Source of the DNA: Candidatus Calditenuaceae archaeon HR02
GTDB lineage: Archaea > Thermoproteota > Nitrososphaeria_A > Caldarchaeales > Calditenuaceae
Reading direction: 5' to 3'
Assembly: GCA_002898395.1 (NCBI GenBank)
Contig: BEHE01000010.1
Coordinates: 8,092-72,091, forward strand
DNA length: 64,000 nt
In this document: one piece after another, positions 9,665 through 19,744 of the stretch
Layout of the letters: every line of letters begins with the position of its first letter
Position numbering within the stretch: the stretch's first letter is position 1
Notes under the pieces: generated by a model
What the model saw: only the letters and a program-made list of their open reading frames with translations
Database searches by the model: none
Told to the model about the DNA's origin: nothing
Position numbers and translations under genes: made by a program

Positions 9665-10806
9665 ACCACTACTTGAGCGACCTGCATCAAGTCACCCCAA
9701 GCCTGCGCAACACCGACACACGCATTCGGAACCTGTCTCTTCCCCGCCCTCCCCGATAGCTGCCAGTAAAGCTCAGCAACCTTCATCAGCCCTGCAGCCG
9801 CTATCGGGTTTCCAACACCTAAGAGGCCGCCTGAAGGGCATGTGGGATAATCTCCATCCCTTTCCAACTGCCCCTCTGCTAAAAGCTTGGGTGCGAGACC
9901 AGGCTTCCCCAGCAGAGCGTCTAGGTGGTGGAGCTCTTTGTAGGTGAATGGGTCATAGGGCTCAAATACATCGATCTCTTTGAGCGGATTGGCTATCCCG
10001 GCCATCTTGTAGGCTTGCTGCGCCGCCAAATAAACGTAGTAGGGGTATGCGAGGTCGCGGTTGGTCCAGAACTGGCTGTCCAGACATGCACCCACGCCGT
10101 CAATCCAAACAGGCGTGTCGGTTATCTTCTTGGCCTCCTCTTCCGAGGCGAAGACAAGGGCTACGGCTCCGTCTGACGATGGGCTGATGTCAAGCCTGTG
10201 CACGGGCCAAACCAGTACAGGCGACTTAAGGACGTCTTCAACGGTTATTTTTGCTCCCAGCTGGGCGTATGGATGGTCTAGGGCGTTACCCTTATTCTTG
10301 ACCGCGACTCGGGCTATCAGCTCCTTAGACAGTTTATGAGCCTCCATGTAGCGGCGCATCTCTAATGCGAATATCCATATCAGGTTTGGGCCGAGAGGCT
10401 GCTCTATAATGGGGTCGAAGATTGTCTTGAAGAGGGGCTGGGCATGTGGGTATGGGTGACTCATCTTCTCCCATGCCACGACCAAAACTTTCTTGAAGGC
10501 TCCTGACGCGACATGCCACCAGCCTGCAACAGCCACACCCACTCCCGTCCCGCCGCCCACATAGATTCTAGAATAGGGTTTTCCAACCCCGTCAGAGGGC
10601 TCAACCCCAACGAGTCCCTTATGATGGTATCCGTCGAATGCGTCGGGTGCCGACCCAGACACTACTGCGTCAATATCTTTGAACTCGAGCCCACAGTCAT
10701 CCAGGCTCTTTCTAGCGGCCTCGTATATCATTTCTTGAGGGGTCATCGGTAGCATGGAGCGGAAATATGTCATCCCCGCGCCAACGATAGCTACTTTTTT
10801 CCCCAA
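9652..10806 (-). CDS. thiolase (acetyl-CoA C-acetyltransferase / SCP-x-type)
   Basis: 384 aa. N-terminal KKVAIVGAGMTYF, thiolase-fold length, and a Gly-rich C-terminal active-site region (GGLLGVGNPIAAAG). Confidence 0.65.
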   Translation of the reverse strand: MGKKVAIVGAGMTYFRSMLPMTPQEMIYEAARKSLDDCGLEFKDIDAVVSGSAPDAFDGYHHKGLVGVEPSDGVGKPYSRIYVGGGTGVGVAVAGWWHVASGAFKKVLVVAWEKMSHPYPHAQPLFKTIFDPIIEQPLGPNLIWIFALEMRRYMEAHKLSKELIARVAVKNKGNALDHPYAQLGAKITVEDVLKSPVLVWPVHRLDISPSSDGAVALVFASEEEAKKITDTPVWIDGVGACLDSQFWTNRDLAYPYYVYLAAQQAYKMAGIANPLKEIDVFEPYDPFTYKELHHLDALLGKPGLAPKLLAEGQLERDGDYPTCPSGGLLGVGNPIAAAGLMKVAELYWQLSGRAGKRQVPNACVGVAQAWGDLMQVAQVVVCRS

Positions 10807-10810
10807 CTCA

Positions 10811-11977
10811 TCACACCCCTACACTCAGCACCACAGCCGCGCCCCCATCTACAACCTCACCATCAGGTGAGGCCACTATACACGAACTCCACTTGCCGGT
10901 TCTTAGCAGGTTGATGGACTGGGCCAGTCTCTGGAGCCCTGCAGCGTTTAACGGATAACCCATCCCAATACACCCACCCGAAGGATTCACCGGTAAATGA
11001 CCATCTATGTTAAAATCGCCATCCCGCAGAGACTTGCAAATGCTCTCCCTAACGACGCCTAGTGCCTCCAATACCGTCAGCTCGCTGTGGGCGAAAGGCT
11101 CTGAAATCTCTACAAAATCTATCCTCCTGAGCCTTGTCTGCTTAAAAGCCATGTTTGCCGCAGCCCTTGCCCAGCGTGACTGGCCCCACACCTTTAAAGA
11201 AAAGTCTGGCGAGTAGCTGCCCGCAGCAAATCCGAAAGCCTCAACCCGCACCTCTCCAAGGCTCCTCTCCGTGGTCAACAAGATGGCCGCAGCATACTCA
11301 CAGGGCGCTGCGACGTGACCCCTCCTTAGCGGCTCCGATATAACCTCCGTACCCTCAACCCCCTCGACAGACGTATCTTCAGCAAATGCCGCCGAAGGGT
11401 TTTTGAGAGCATTCCTCTTATTTTTGACTGCGACTAGGGAAAGGTCACTGGCCTCGCAGCCAGAGTTTGCAAGATACGCCTGTGCATCCAGTGCGGCAAT
11501 GGTATAGAAATGGGGGGTGAGTGGTCTGATAAGGTGTGGGTCGAAAGAGTTTAAAACGATTTCGGGATAGTTTAGAATATCTGAGGCCTTGGCATAGGCC
11601 GTAACTAAAATGGTTCTGAATTGCCCCGTCCTCAAAAGCATACACCCGTGGATAAACGCGTTCAAGGCGTCATTGGAGACGAGGGTGTTGAACTTTAGGC
11701 GTCCACCCACTTGGTCAGGCGTGTATGAATCAGTAATGCTCATACCCTCATAGAAATCCATGCCGCTGGAAACTATACCATCCACGTCTGCTGGTGTAAT
11801 CCCGGCGTCGAAGTAGGCTTTCACCGCAGCCCTGTACAGCATCTCCCTAAAATCCATGTCATCGTATCTTGATCTACAGGGGATTTCACCTACACCAGCA
11901 ATCCAAATGTCCATCCCAACACCCCTAGTAGGATTTTGGCAGACCCAAAACATGTCGGCCGATGTAGCTAAGCACAA
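10811..11977 (-). CDS. thiolase-like / HMG-CoA synthase-like condensing enzyme (probable real start about 11914)
   Basis: 388 aa, thiolase fold. MDIWIAGVGE at aa 22 looks like the true N-terminus and would remove the overlap with the upstream ACAD gene. Confidence 0.55.
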   Translation of the reverse strand: MCLATSADMFWVCQNPTRGVGMDIWIAGVGEIPCRSRYDDMDFREMLYRAAVKAYFDAGITPADVDGIVSSGMDFYEGMSITDSYTPDQVGGRLKFNTLVSNDALNAFIHGCMLLRTGQFRTILVTAYAKASDILNYPEIVLNSFDPHLIRPLTPHFYTIAALDAQAYLANSGCEASDLSLVAVKNKRNALKNPSAAFAEDTSVEGVEGTEVISEPLRRGHVAAPCEYAAAILLTTERSLGEVRVEAFGFAAGSYSPDFSLKVWGQSRWARAAANMAFKQTRLRRIDFVEISEPFAHSELTVLEALGVVRESICKSLRDGDFNIDGHLPVNPSGGCIGMGYPLNAAGLQRLAQSINLLRTGKWSSCIVASPDGEVVDGGAAVVLSVGV

Positions 11978-13064
11978 GCTCGTTGGTGACTGGGGCGGTT
12001 ATGAAGAGTCTTATAACTGGATAGAACGTTATAATGTCTGTGTCTATATCGTAGGCATTGCCCCCAAAGGTCTGCATCGCTATCTCAAAGGCCTCCAAAC
12101 CAGCCTCAGAGGCGACAAGCTTAGCCATGTTTGCCTCAGCTCCCACCTTTCCCCCACCGTCGAATAGTCTAGCCGCATGATAGTTCAGGGACCTGGCAGC
12201 CTCTAAATGCGCCTTGGCACGCGCCATCCTAAACTGAAGACCCTGATAAGACCCTATCGGCTTATCAAAGACAACCCTCTGCTTAGCATACTCGACAGCC
12301 CTCTTAAGGACATATTCCCCTAAACCTATACTACAGGCAGCTATCAATATTCTCTCCACATTAAGACAGTCGAAAAGATAACTGGCCCCCTTATCCGCTT
12401 CCCCTATCAGATTCTCATCGCCCAGCTCGACATCATCAAAATAAACAGTATACTGACTCTCCGGGGAATATAGCTCAATGTTAAGTGCCTCGAACGATAT
12501 TCCACTCGTGCTTGTCTCCACAATAAACAACGATATACCATCCTTCTTATCCTCAACCTCCTCGTATCTTTTCGTCCTAGCCACTATAAGCAGGTAGTCT
12601 GACTCGCGCGCGCCTGTAATGAATGTCTTCTGCCCGTTCAAGATATAGCCGCCGTCCCTCCTTTTTGCAAATGTTCTTATCCGCCAAGTATTCGAGCCGG
12701 CCTCGGCCTCCGTAATGCAAAAGCTTATCTTCTTTCCCTGCTCACATGTAGGTCTGACAAACTTTTCAAATTGCTGCTCAGTCCCATACCTATCTATTAC
12801 CGTCCTAGAGAGATGTGTTGTCAGAAATTGAAGGAGGGGTAGCCCGGCCCTCGCTAGGCCTTCCTGAACAAGGACGGCCTCCAAGAGCGCTGTGCCCGAA
12901 ACTCTTTTAACACCTACGCTTGTTAGGTTTGTCTTTAAGAGTTCCCCCCACAACAACTCAGGACTTTTCTTCTCACGAGCACAACGCAACCAATAATCCC
13001 TGCCAACAATTGTACCTATTCTTTCAGCTGTTTTAAGAATTAATACCTCCTCTTCTGAAAGCAT
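11925..13064 (-). CDS. acyl-CoA dehydrogenase
   Basis: 379 aa. ACAD middle and C-terminal domain patterns, including QTFGGNAY near the C-terminus. Confidence 0.65.
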   Translation of the reverse strand: MLSEEEVLILKTAERIGTIVGRDYWLRCAREKKSPELLWGELLKTNLTSVGVKRVSGTALLEAVLVQEGLARAGLPLLQFLTTHLSRTVIDRYGTEQQFEKFVRPTCEQGKKISFCITEAEAGSNTWRIRTFAKRRDGGYILNGQKTFITGARESDYLLIVARTKRYEEVEDKKDGISLFIVETSTSGISFEALNIELYSPESQYTVYFDDVELGDENLIGEADKGASYLFDCLNVERILIAACSIGLGEYVLKRAVEYAKQRVVFDKPIGSYQGLQFRMARAKAHLEAARSLNYHAARLFDGGGKVGAEANMAKLVASEAGLEAFEIAMQTFGGNAYDIDTDIITFYPVIRLFITAPVTNELVLSYIGRHVLGLPKSY

Positions 13065-13149
13065 ATGATTAGAAAGGCTCGGAGATAATTAAGCATTAAA
13101 ACAATATCACAAGTAGCCAATTCGCGTTGGGGATAAAAAACCTCGCAGC

Positions 13150-13746
13150 CTAGAGAGGAGTAAATATAGCCGCCCAGAACAAACGCCCTTTCTCGAACAG
13201 ATACGGCTCAAAACCTTTCTGCCTGAGGAGGGGGATGATCTCTGACGGCTCCGTGCCGTGTCCCAGCATCCTAGACGCTATTGGCTCATAAACCATGAGT
13301 AGGCTGTCTTGCTTCATCTTGCGTCTAACCTGGCTAAGCGCCCTCCCCTTATCCTCTATATGGTGGAGGCTTAGCATGAAAACAACCCTATCAGCAGACC
13401 GGTCAGGAACCCCATCCAACTCTTCAGCCCTAGCCCTCACCGGTAGTATGTTTTTTACACATAGTTTAGCAGCCCTCTGCCTAAGCTTCCATAGATATTT
13501 GTCGGAGATGTCCACTGCATAAACGAGGCCCTTGTCCCCTACTATCGATGCTGCAGGAAAGGCAAGAAAGCCAGTACCACACCCAACATCCAGCAAAACA
13601 TGCCCCTCCCTCAGCCCCATAACCCTTAACAACTTGTAGGGATCCTGAGCTAGTTTCCTCAGAGGCATTTCTAGGAAAAACCCCTCGAGCACAGACTGAG
13701 TACTAGTCACGCTGAAGTACCGGTAATATTTTCTCAAAGTAGTCAA
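13150..13746 (-). CDS. class I SAM-dependent methyltransferase (probable start about 13668)
   Basis: VLDVGCGTGFLA motif I. The longest ORF overlaps the upstream gene by 44 bp; the internal Met at aa 27 is the likelier start. Confidence 0.55.
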   Translation of the reverse strand: MTTLRKYYRYFSVTSTQSVLEGFFLEMPLRKLAQDPYKLLRVMGLREGHVLLDVGCGTGFLAFPAASIVGDKGLVYAVDISDKYLWKLRQRAAKLCVKNILPVRARAEELDGVPDRSADRVVFMLSLHHIEDKGRALSQVRRKMKQDSLLMVYEPIASRMLGHGTEPSEIIPLLRQKGFEPYLFEKGRLFWAAIFTPL

Positions 13747-15673
13747 GCGATTCGGGGTTGATCAAGGCATCCCTGTTTATAACTCTTCTTCCATTTATGA
13801 TGTTTGAAACCGCAATTTCCACCTTCTTCATGTTAAAAGTATACGGTATGTCAGGCACCTCTAAGATAATGTCGGGAACATGTCGAGGTGAGACTTTTTC
13901 CCTCAGCTCTTTTTTAATCATCTCCCTGAGCTCTTCCGTCAAAGAATATTTATCCGCCATTTTGACGAAAAGTATTATTCTTTGGTCACCCCGCCAGTTC
14001 TGCCCAACCGCTAGGCTGTCAGCTATCTCCTTGAATCTCTCAACCACACTGTAGATCTCAGCTGTCCCAATCCTAACTCCAGACTTCTTGATCACAGCGT
14101 CTGATCTCCCTAAGAAAGTAATTCCTCCCGTGTCGCTGTGGAATATGACGTAGTCCCCATGCCTCCACACCCTCTTATGAGTATAGAACCTGAAATATGC
14201 GTCAAGATATTTCTCATAGTCCGGATCGTTAAGGAAGTAAAGCGGCATAGAGGGGGCTGGAGCCTCGCAAACAAGTTCTCCTTCCCTGTCGTAAACCGGG
14301 TTCCCCTGTTCATCATAACACTTTATCTTCATGCCTAAAGCTGGTGATTGGAGTTGTCCTGCATAGACTGGTAACATCGGGCTACCTATAGCAAAGCAGC
14401 CATTGATATCGGTGCCGCCTGATATAGAGTTGAAGTGGTGATCCCTCTTAACCTCCTCATATACCCACTTAAACCCATCGGCAGACAGGGGGGAACCGGT
14501 CTGCGATATCTCCCGTAGTGTTGTGAGGTCAAAGCTTCTCCGCGGTGACGCATTCAGGCTCCTGAGATAATTGATATAGCTTGCACTGCATCCAAAAATT
14601 GAGACTTCATACTCGTCGATTAGGAGCCACATTCTCCTCCAGTCAGGATAGTTGGGGTCGCCGTCATAAAGTAGTAATGTAGCCCCTGTCGCGAGAGAAG
14701 TCATCAACCAGTTCCACATCATCCAGCTAGTAGAGGTTATGTACGTGATAGTGTCCGTTGGCTTAAGGTCTGTGTATATAATAAGCTCCTTCAAGTGATT
14801 GACAAGTATCCCTGCAACAGATTGTGCCAAGCATTTAGGCTTGCCTGTGGTCCCCGAGGTAAACATTATGTATATTGGGGTTGAGGAAGGAACTTGTGTA
14901 AATGAAAAACCATCTCCAGGCTTGGTGAAGTCGCTGTAAAGAATGGCATTCTCTACCATATCTATCTTAGGGTTCTCCTCTAGGTATGGTACAACAACCA
15001 CACATTTTATAGACGGTATATTGTCAACGATTTTCTTCACCCTCTCTAAGACATTGTATCTCTTACCCTTGTAAAAGTATCCATCTACTGTGATGAGTAC
15101 TTTAGGCGAAACCTGTCCAAACCTGTCGACCGCCGCTTCAGCCCCTATTTCTGTGCCTGTTGATGACCATGTTCCCCCCAGCGAGGCGGTCGCAAGCATG
15201 CCTACGCACGCTTCAACAGTGTTAGGAATGTATCCACATACCCTATCACCTTCTCCAACCCCCACGTCCTGCAAGTCTTTAGCCAACCCCACAACTTCAC
15301 GGTAGAGATCAAGGTAAGAAATCCTTCTTGAAAACCCATCTTCTCTAACAGCTATGATGGCTGTTTTACCATCCCTTACCCGGAGAAGGTTTTCAGCAAA
15401 GTTGAGCCTCGCACCTATAAACCATGAAGCTCCGGGAAACCTGCTCAAGTCATCAACTACTCGCCAGTAGAGCTTAGAGGCCTTGATCTCGACAAAGCTC
15501 CAGACCGCATCCCAGAATTCAGGTATATTTTCAATAGACCAGTTGTACAGCTTGAAATACGCGTATCTTTCAAACGGGTCTACTCCAAGTCCTTTCTTTC
15601 CATCGACATATTCGATGAATCGCCTCATGTTGGATTTTTCTATCACTTCTGTCGAAGGCTCCCAAAGAAGCAA
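13703..15673 (-). CDS. acetoacetyl-CoA synthetase (AMP-forming acetoacetate-CoA ligase)
   Basis: 656 aa. AMP-binding motifs TSGTTGKPK and YGTTE-like, and an N-terminal region typical of acetoacetate-CoA ligases. Confidence 0.65.
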   Translation of the reverse strand: MLLWEPSTEVIEKSNMRRFIEYVDGKKGLGVDPFERYAYFKLYNWSIENIPEFWDAVWSFVEIKASKLYWRVVDDLSRFPGASWFIGARLNFAENLLRVRDGKTAIIAVREDGFSRRISYLDLYREVVGLAKDLQDVGVGEGDRVCGYIPNTVEACVGMLATASLGGTWSSTGTEIGAEAAVDRFGQVSPKVLITVDGYFYKGKRYNVLERVKKIVDNIPSIKCVVVVPYLEENPKIDMVENAILYSDFTKPGDGFSFTQVPSSTPIYIMFTSGTTGKPKCLAQSVAGILVNHLKELIIYTDLKPTDTITYITSTSWMMWNWLMTSLATGATLLLYDGDPNYPDWRRMWLLIDEYEVSIFGCSASYINYLRSLNASPRRSFDLTTLREISQTGSPLSADGFKWVYEEVKRDHHFNSISGGTDINGCFAIGSPMLPVYAGQLQSPALGMKIKCYDEQGNPVYDREGELVCEAPAPSMPLYFLNDPDYEKYLDAYFRFYTHKRVWRHGDYVIFHSDTGGITFLGRSDAVIKKSGVRIGTAEIYSVVERFKEIADSLAVGQNWRGDQRIILFVKMADKYSLTEELREMIKKELREKVSPRHVPDIILEVPDIPYTFNMKKVEIAVSNIINGRRVINRDALINPESLDYFEKILPVLQRD

Positions 15674-15912
15674 GGTCTACAAAACATACGTGGCAACTAC
15701 CTATAAATTTTTTAATACACATTTAAAAGAGCCTTTCCCTAACAATTACGGATAGACCACTTCATCGCGAGACCCGCGGCTACCAAAAATATCATGAGTC
15801 CCGACACCCTCTCTTCCCCCTAACAGGGACAAAGGTACTCTTATTTTTGGCTAGGGGCGGAGGGTGGAGGTTATCGGTCCACCAGCGTAGTTAGGGTCCG
15901 CTTAACGGGTCA

Positions 15913-16233
15913 CTAGTCTGCGGCCATGGTGCTTTCTGCGTTAAACTCTGAGTCTGTTTTAGCCGCACCAGTATAAACCCTATGACCCACATGGTATTCG
16001 AGCTCATCTCTATACATGTATTTTCGGCAAGTGTGACACCAGTAAAACTCCACTCCCTCGAGACCCGAGACGCCCAGCTCAGCCAAGCCGAAGAACTCGC
16101 ATGGGTCTTCATTTCCAAATCTGATTCTGTCGTAATTTAGGCTGGCCGGGTTGGAGCACGTTCCAACCCCCTCGATGAGGGGGTAGGGGAGAAAGTGTAT
16201 ACAATCACGGCATTGAAATTCCCTTCTAGTCAC
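15913..16233 (-). CDS. small Cys-rich hypothetical protein
   Basis: 106 aa with CRDC...C...C...CHTC spacing suggesting a Zn finger or Fe-S site. No family recognised. Confidence 0.3.
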   Translation of the reverse strand: MTRREFQCRDCIHFLPYPLIEGVGTCSNPASLNYDRIRFGNEDPCEFFGLAELGVSGLEGVEFYWCHTCRKYMYRDELEYHVGHRVYTGAAKTDSEFNAESTMAAD

Positions 16234-16266
16234 ATGGTTTAAACGATCTATGGCTCTATAATATTA

Positions 16267-17334
16267 TCACATTAATGGATTTTGTCCAATATTGTTTATA
16301 GTCCTAAATTCAAAGGATGGTAGGATCAGTTTTACACCACATAACTCGTCAAGTTTCCTTAAAAGGCCGGCCAGCCTCTCGTCCTTGACTAACTGCTCCA
16401 CGTTTTTTACAAGCCTTAGCGTGGTGAGGAGTTTTCGCAACATGCGCGGCCCAAAAGGTGCCATCCTAAGAGACTTGTAGAGGGTCATTCTTTCCTCGAT
16501 GCTGAAGGTTTTCCCATAGTTTTCCTTGAAATAGGTCTCCAACTCAACAAGGAGATGCTGTAAGCATTTCTCCTGACTGCTATAACCGTAGAAGCAGTTG
16601 CGACAGTTTGGTGAAAAGACCTCCCTCATTGGCCCCTGTGGTCTCCTCCGGCTATATCTCACCCGCGCTATATGGTCGGCTTTTTTGAGTCTCTGCACTA
16701 TCTTGTATATGGCCGCTATGCTCAAGCCGTAGGGCCGCATCTTCACATATATGTCCTCCACTGATACGTATATCTCTGTACAAAGGATGGACATGACTAG
16801 TTCCTCACTCCACGTGGGAATGCTTCGAAGTATAAGCTCTAAAGCCTCAACCAAATGTCTACTTCCAGCTCTCACCACTCCACCGTCGATCAGCTTTTCA
16901 CTGTCGAGCACTCTCATTAGAATCTCCCTACATTTTGCGTGGTCTATGCCACTTACTTCTGCAATCATGTCGAGCGGGATATTTTCCCATCCTTTAGCGG
17001 AAGCTATATATAGTGTAGACCAGATGACTCGAACTGTCTCGTTTCTCCAACTTTTCCTAACTATCCATAGAAAATTTCTTAGAGCTTTGAAGACCTCGTT
17101 TTTCTGAATGAGATACGATGTTGGTGAAGTTTTTTGTTTTTGCAGCCCTAGGAGGCGAATGAGGTTTTCCAGAATAATCTCCGCCTCAGAGCGGCTTGGA
17201 AAGAGGAGGAGTCTCTCATCAAACTCCTCGATCCTGTAAAGTGGTGAGTGTATGAACCGATCCTCGCTCCATGCTAATGGAGGATGTAAGGCTAGGAGAG
17301 TCATCAATAGGTTAGCTTGACCCTTGCCCCCCAC
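16267..17334 (-). CDS. hypothetical protein with cyclin-like (TFIIB-core-like) repeat; possible divergent transcription factor
   Basis: 355 aa. WSTLYIASAKGWENIPLDMIAEVSGIDHAKCREILMRV resembles the first cyclin repeat of TFB (AAALYIACR...LDEIAEV...). There is no N-terminal Zn ribbon. CRNC...C appears in the C-terminal third. Confidence 0.3.
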   Translation of the reverse strand: MGGKGQANLLMTLLALHPPLAWSEDRFIHSPLYRIEEFDERLLLFPSRSEAEIILENLIRLLGLQKQKTSPTSYLIQKNEVFKALRNFLWIVRKSWRNETVRVIWSTLYIASAKGWENIPLDMIAEVSGIDHAKCREILMRVLDSEKLIDGGVVRAGSRHLVEALELILRSIPTWSEELVMSILCTEIYVSVEDIYVKMRPYGLSIAAIYKIVQRLKKADHIARVRYSRRRPQGPMREVFSPNCRNCFYGYSSQEKCLQHLLVELETYFKENYGKTFSIEERMTLYKSLRMAPFGPRMLRKLLTTLRLVKNVEQLVKDERLAGLLRKLDELCGVKLILPSFEFRTINNIGQNPLM

Positions 17335-17443
17335 AGTAGTTAGTTGGCTTAAAGACCTATATATTGCTTAATGAAGTCCCATTCAAATATAAGGTATTGT
17401 ATATTGGACCGAGTAGAATATTTAATAGTGTATATAATTATGC

Positions 17444-17746
17444 ATGCCGATAACGATTTGTTGGGCCTTGTCGGCTCAAGCTTTGAAAATATTGCGTGAA
17501 CCGATTAACCTAGCTTTGTTCCGGAGACCGTTGGGGCGGGTCTATGTTATACCTGAGAGGTGTAAAGAGTGTGGGTTTTGCTGGAGTTTCTGCCCCATGG
17601 ACGTTCTCGAGCGGTCTGACGAGTTCAATCCAAATGGATATAGGTATCCTAAAGTCAAGTCAGGGAAGGAAAACGACTGCGTCAATTGTAAGATGTGTAG
17701 CCTGATATGCCCTGAGCTAGCCATCTACACAGTTGAGGTGAGCTAG
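17444..17746 (+). CDS. 2-oxoacid:ferredoxin oxidoreductase delta subunit (2x[4Fe-4S] ferredoxin)
   Basis: CKECGFCWSFCP and CVNCKMCSLICP cluster motifs. The TATA box at 17431-17438 is too close to the annotated ATG, so an in-frame TTG at 17492 may be the real start. Confidence 0.65.
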   Translation: MPITICWALSAQALKILREPINLALFRRPLGRVYVIPERCKECGFCWSFCPMDVLERSDEFNPNGYRYPKVKSGKENDCVNCKMCSLICPELAIYTVEVS

Positions 17747-17750
17747 CAGT

Positions 17751-18896
17751 ATGAGTAGCGGCTTGCCGAGGCCTGGTGTCCACTTCATGATGGGAAACTT
17801 CGCCTGTGTCGAGGCTGCCATACTTGCCGGGTGTAGGTTCTTCGCAGGATATCCCATCACTCCCTCCAGCGAGATCTTCGAGAGGGCTTGTGTAAGGTTT
17901 CCACAGGTCGGAGGGATAGCCGTTGAGATGGAGGATGAGATGGCGAGCGTGGCCGCCCTTATCGGCGCATCTTATGCAGGGGCCAAAGCTATGACTGCTA
18001 CGTCCGGCCCTGGTTTCAGCTTGATGATGGAGAACATAGGATTGGCGTTCATAATGGAGGCGCCAATAGTGATCGTCAACGTTCAGAGGGCGGGGCCAAG
18101 CACCGGAATCCCCACTCTGATAGGACAGGGTGACGTTATGCAGGCTAGATGGGGTTCTCACGGGGACATTGAGACAGTAGTCTACTCTCCCAGCAGCGTC
18201 CAAGAGTTCTTCGACCTAACAATTCAGGCATTTAATACGGCGGAAAGACTCCGCACACCCGTCATCGTGCTGACTGACCAGCTAGTAGGGCTGATGTGGG
18301 AGAAAGTAGTCATTCCATCACCTGAGGAGGTGAAAGTCGTGGAGAGAAAGATTATGGATGCGCGGCTCCTCTCTACGAGGCTACCATTCGACTACACTGT
18401 AGACGTAAATCCAATGCCTATAGTGGGGACGGGCTGCAGAGTAAACATTGACAGCCTCACGCATGATGAGAGAGGCTACCCGACCACATCCCAAGAGATT
18501 TCTGAAAAAATGCTTCGATATCTACTCGGCAAGATTAGGAACCACGCCCGTGAGCTTTGGCTGTATAAGGAATTCATGATCGATGATGCAGAGGTGGTTG
18601 TGGTTGCCTATGGATCTACGGCTAGGTCGGCCTTGAATGCTGTTAAGCAGGCCCGTTCACGGGGGATTAAGGCTGGGTTACTTCAGCTCATCACCCTATG
18701 GCCCTTCCCGAGCGATGTGATTGAGAAGGTAAGCCAGCACGTCAACGCCCTCGTAGTGCCTGAGATAAACTTCGGCCAGCTCGTACACCCCATCAGGGAG
18801 TACGCCAAATGCCCAATCCTAGAGGTTAACTGGGCTCCAGGCAGTCTGATAGAACCGAACGTCATCTTAGACGCCGTGGGGGTGGCTGCGGCGTGA
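17751..18896 (+). CDS. 2-oxoacid:ferredoxin oxidoreductase alpha subunit
   Basis: 381 aa. GNFACVEAAILAGCRFFAGYPITPSSEI is a classic POR/KOR alpha N-terminus. Confidence 0.8.
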   Translation: MSSGLPRPGVHFMMGNFACVEAAILAGCRFFAGYPITPSSEIFERACVRFPQVGGIAVEMEDEMASVAALIGASYAGAKAMTATSGPGFSLMMENIGLAFIMEAPIVIVNVQRAGPSTGIPTLIGQGDVMQARWGSHGDIETVVYSPSSVQEFFDLTIQAFNTAERLRTPVIVLTDQLVGLMWEKVVIPSPEEVKVVERKIMDARLLSTRLPFDYTVDVNPMPIVGTGCRVNIDSLTHDERGYPTTSQEISEKMLRYLLGKIRNHARELWLYKEFMIDDAEVVVVAYGSTARSALNAVKQARSRGIKAGLLQLITLWPFPSDVIEKVSQHVNALVVPEINFGQLVHPIREYAKCPILEVNWAPGSLIEPNVILDAVGVAAA

Positions 18897-19744
18897 CCCA
18901 GGTAGTCAAGGCCCGGCGCCATCCCAGGGATAGCCTATTACGAAGTGAGAGGCTTCCGCACATTTGGTGCCCCGGATGTGGCATCGGCATAATCATGGCC
19001 GCCTATGCAGACGCCATAGAGGCATCAGGTATTCCACCTGAGAAGCATGTCTGCATCTCCGGAATAGGCTGTACTGGGAGGGTTTCCGGCTACATGCATC
19101 TCGACTCATTCCATACGACACATGGCCGAGCCATAGCCTTCGCCACAGGCCTATCTCTTGTGAGGCCTGACCTGGAGGTCACCGTCATCTCAGGTGATGG
19201 GGACATCTGTACGATAGGTGGGAACCATTTGATACATGCTGCTAGGAGGAACGTCGACATCAACGTGATAATGGTAAACAACTTCAACTATGGTATGACG
19301 GGGGGCCAGCACGGCGGTACCACACCCCTCGGAGCAAAGACATACACATCACCTTACGGCAATTTTGAAGCCCCATTCAACATACCCTATCTAGTGGCCG
19401 CTGCAGGAGCCTCGTTCGTGGCTAGATGGACGACCCTACACGTAAGGCAGCTGATCAATGCAATGAAGCGCATGATGAGTGTGGAGGGTTTCTCTTTCAT
19501 TGAGGTCATATCGCCTTGTCCACCCACGTTCGGCGAGTTCAACAACTTTCCTGAAGCCCTCGATATGATGGAGTACTTCAGGAAGTATTCGGTGATAGAC
19601 CATAATGCCGATCTAAGCAAGATAGGCATACGCCTCCAAGGCGAGCCACTGGTTGTCGGAAACTTCGTTGACAAGAGGAGGCCGAGCTACCAGGAGCTTG
19701 TGCAGGAAACTATCAGAAAAGCTGCCGGGAGGGAGAGCGTTTGA
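18893..19744 (+). CDS. 2-oxoacid:ferredoxin oxidoreductase beta subunit (TPP-binding)
   Basis: WCPGCG N-terminal motif and GDGD...IGGNH TPP-binding region. 4-nt overlap with the alpha subunit. Confidence 0.8.
   Translation: MTQVVKARRHPRDSLLRSERLPHIWCPGCGIGIIMAAYADAIEASGIPPEKHVCISGIGCTGRVSGYMHLDSFHTTHGRAIAFATGLSLVRPDLEVTVISGDGDICTIGGNHLIHAARRNVDINVIMVNNFNYGMTGGQHGGTTPLGAKTYTSPYGNFEAPFNIPYLVAAAGASFVARWTTLHVRQLINAMKRMMSVEGFSFIEVISPCPPTFGEFNNFPEALDMMEYFRKYSVIDHNADLSKIGIRLQGEPLVVGNFVDKRRPSYQELVQETIRKAAGRESV

Noticed and set aside
17682-18203. 173-aa ORF antisense to the KOR alpha subunit
   Set aside because: Overlaps a high-confidence gene on the opposite strand, and its composition looks like shadow-ORF translation.
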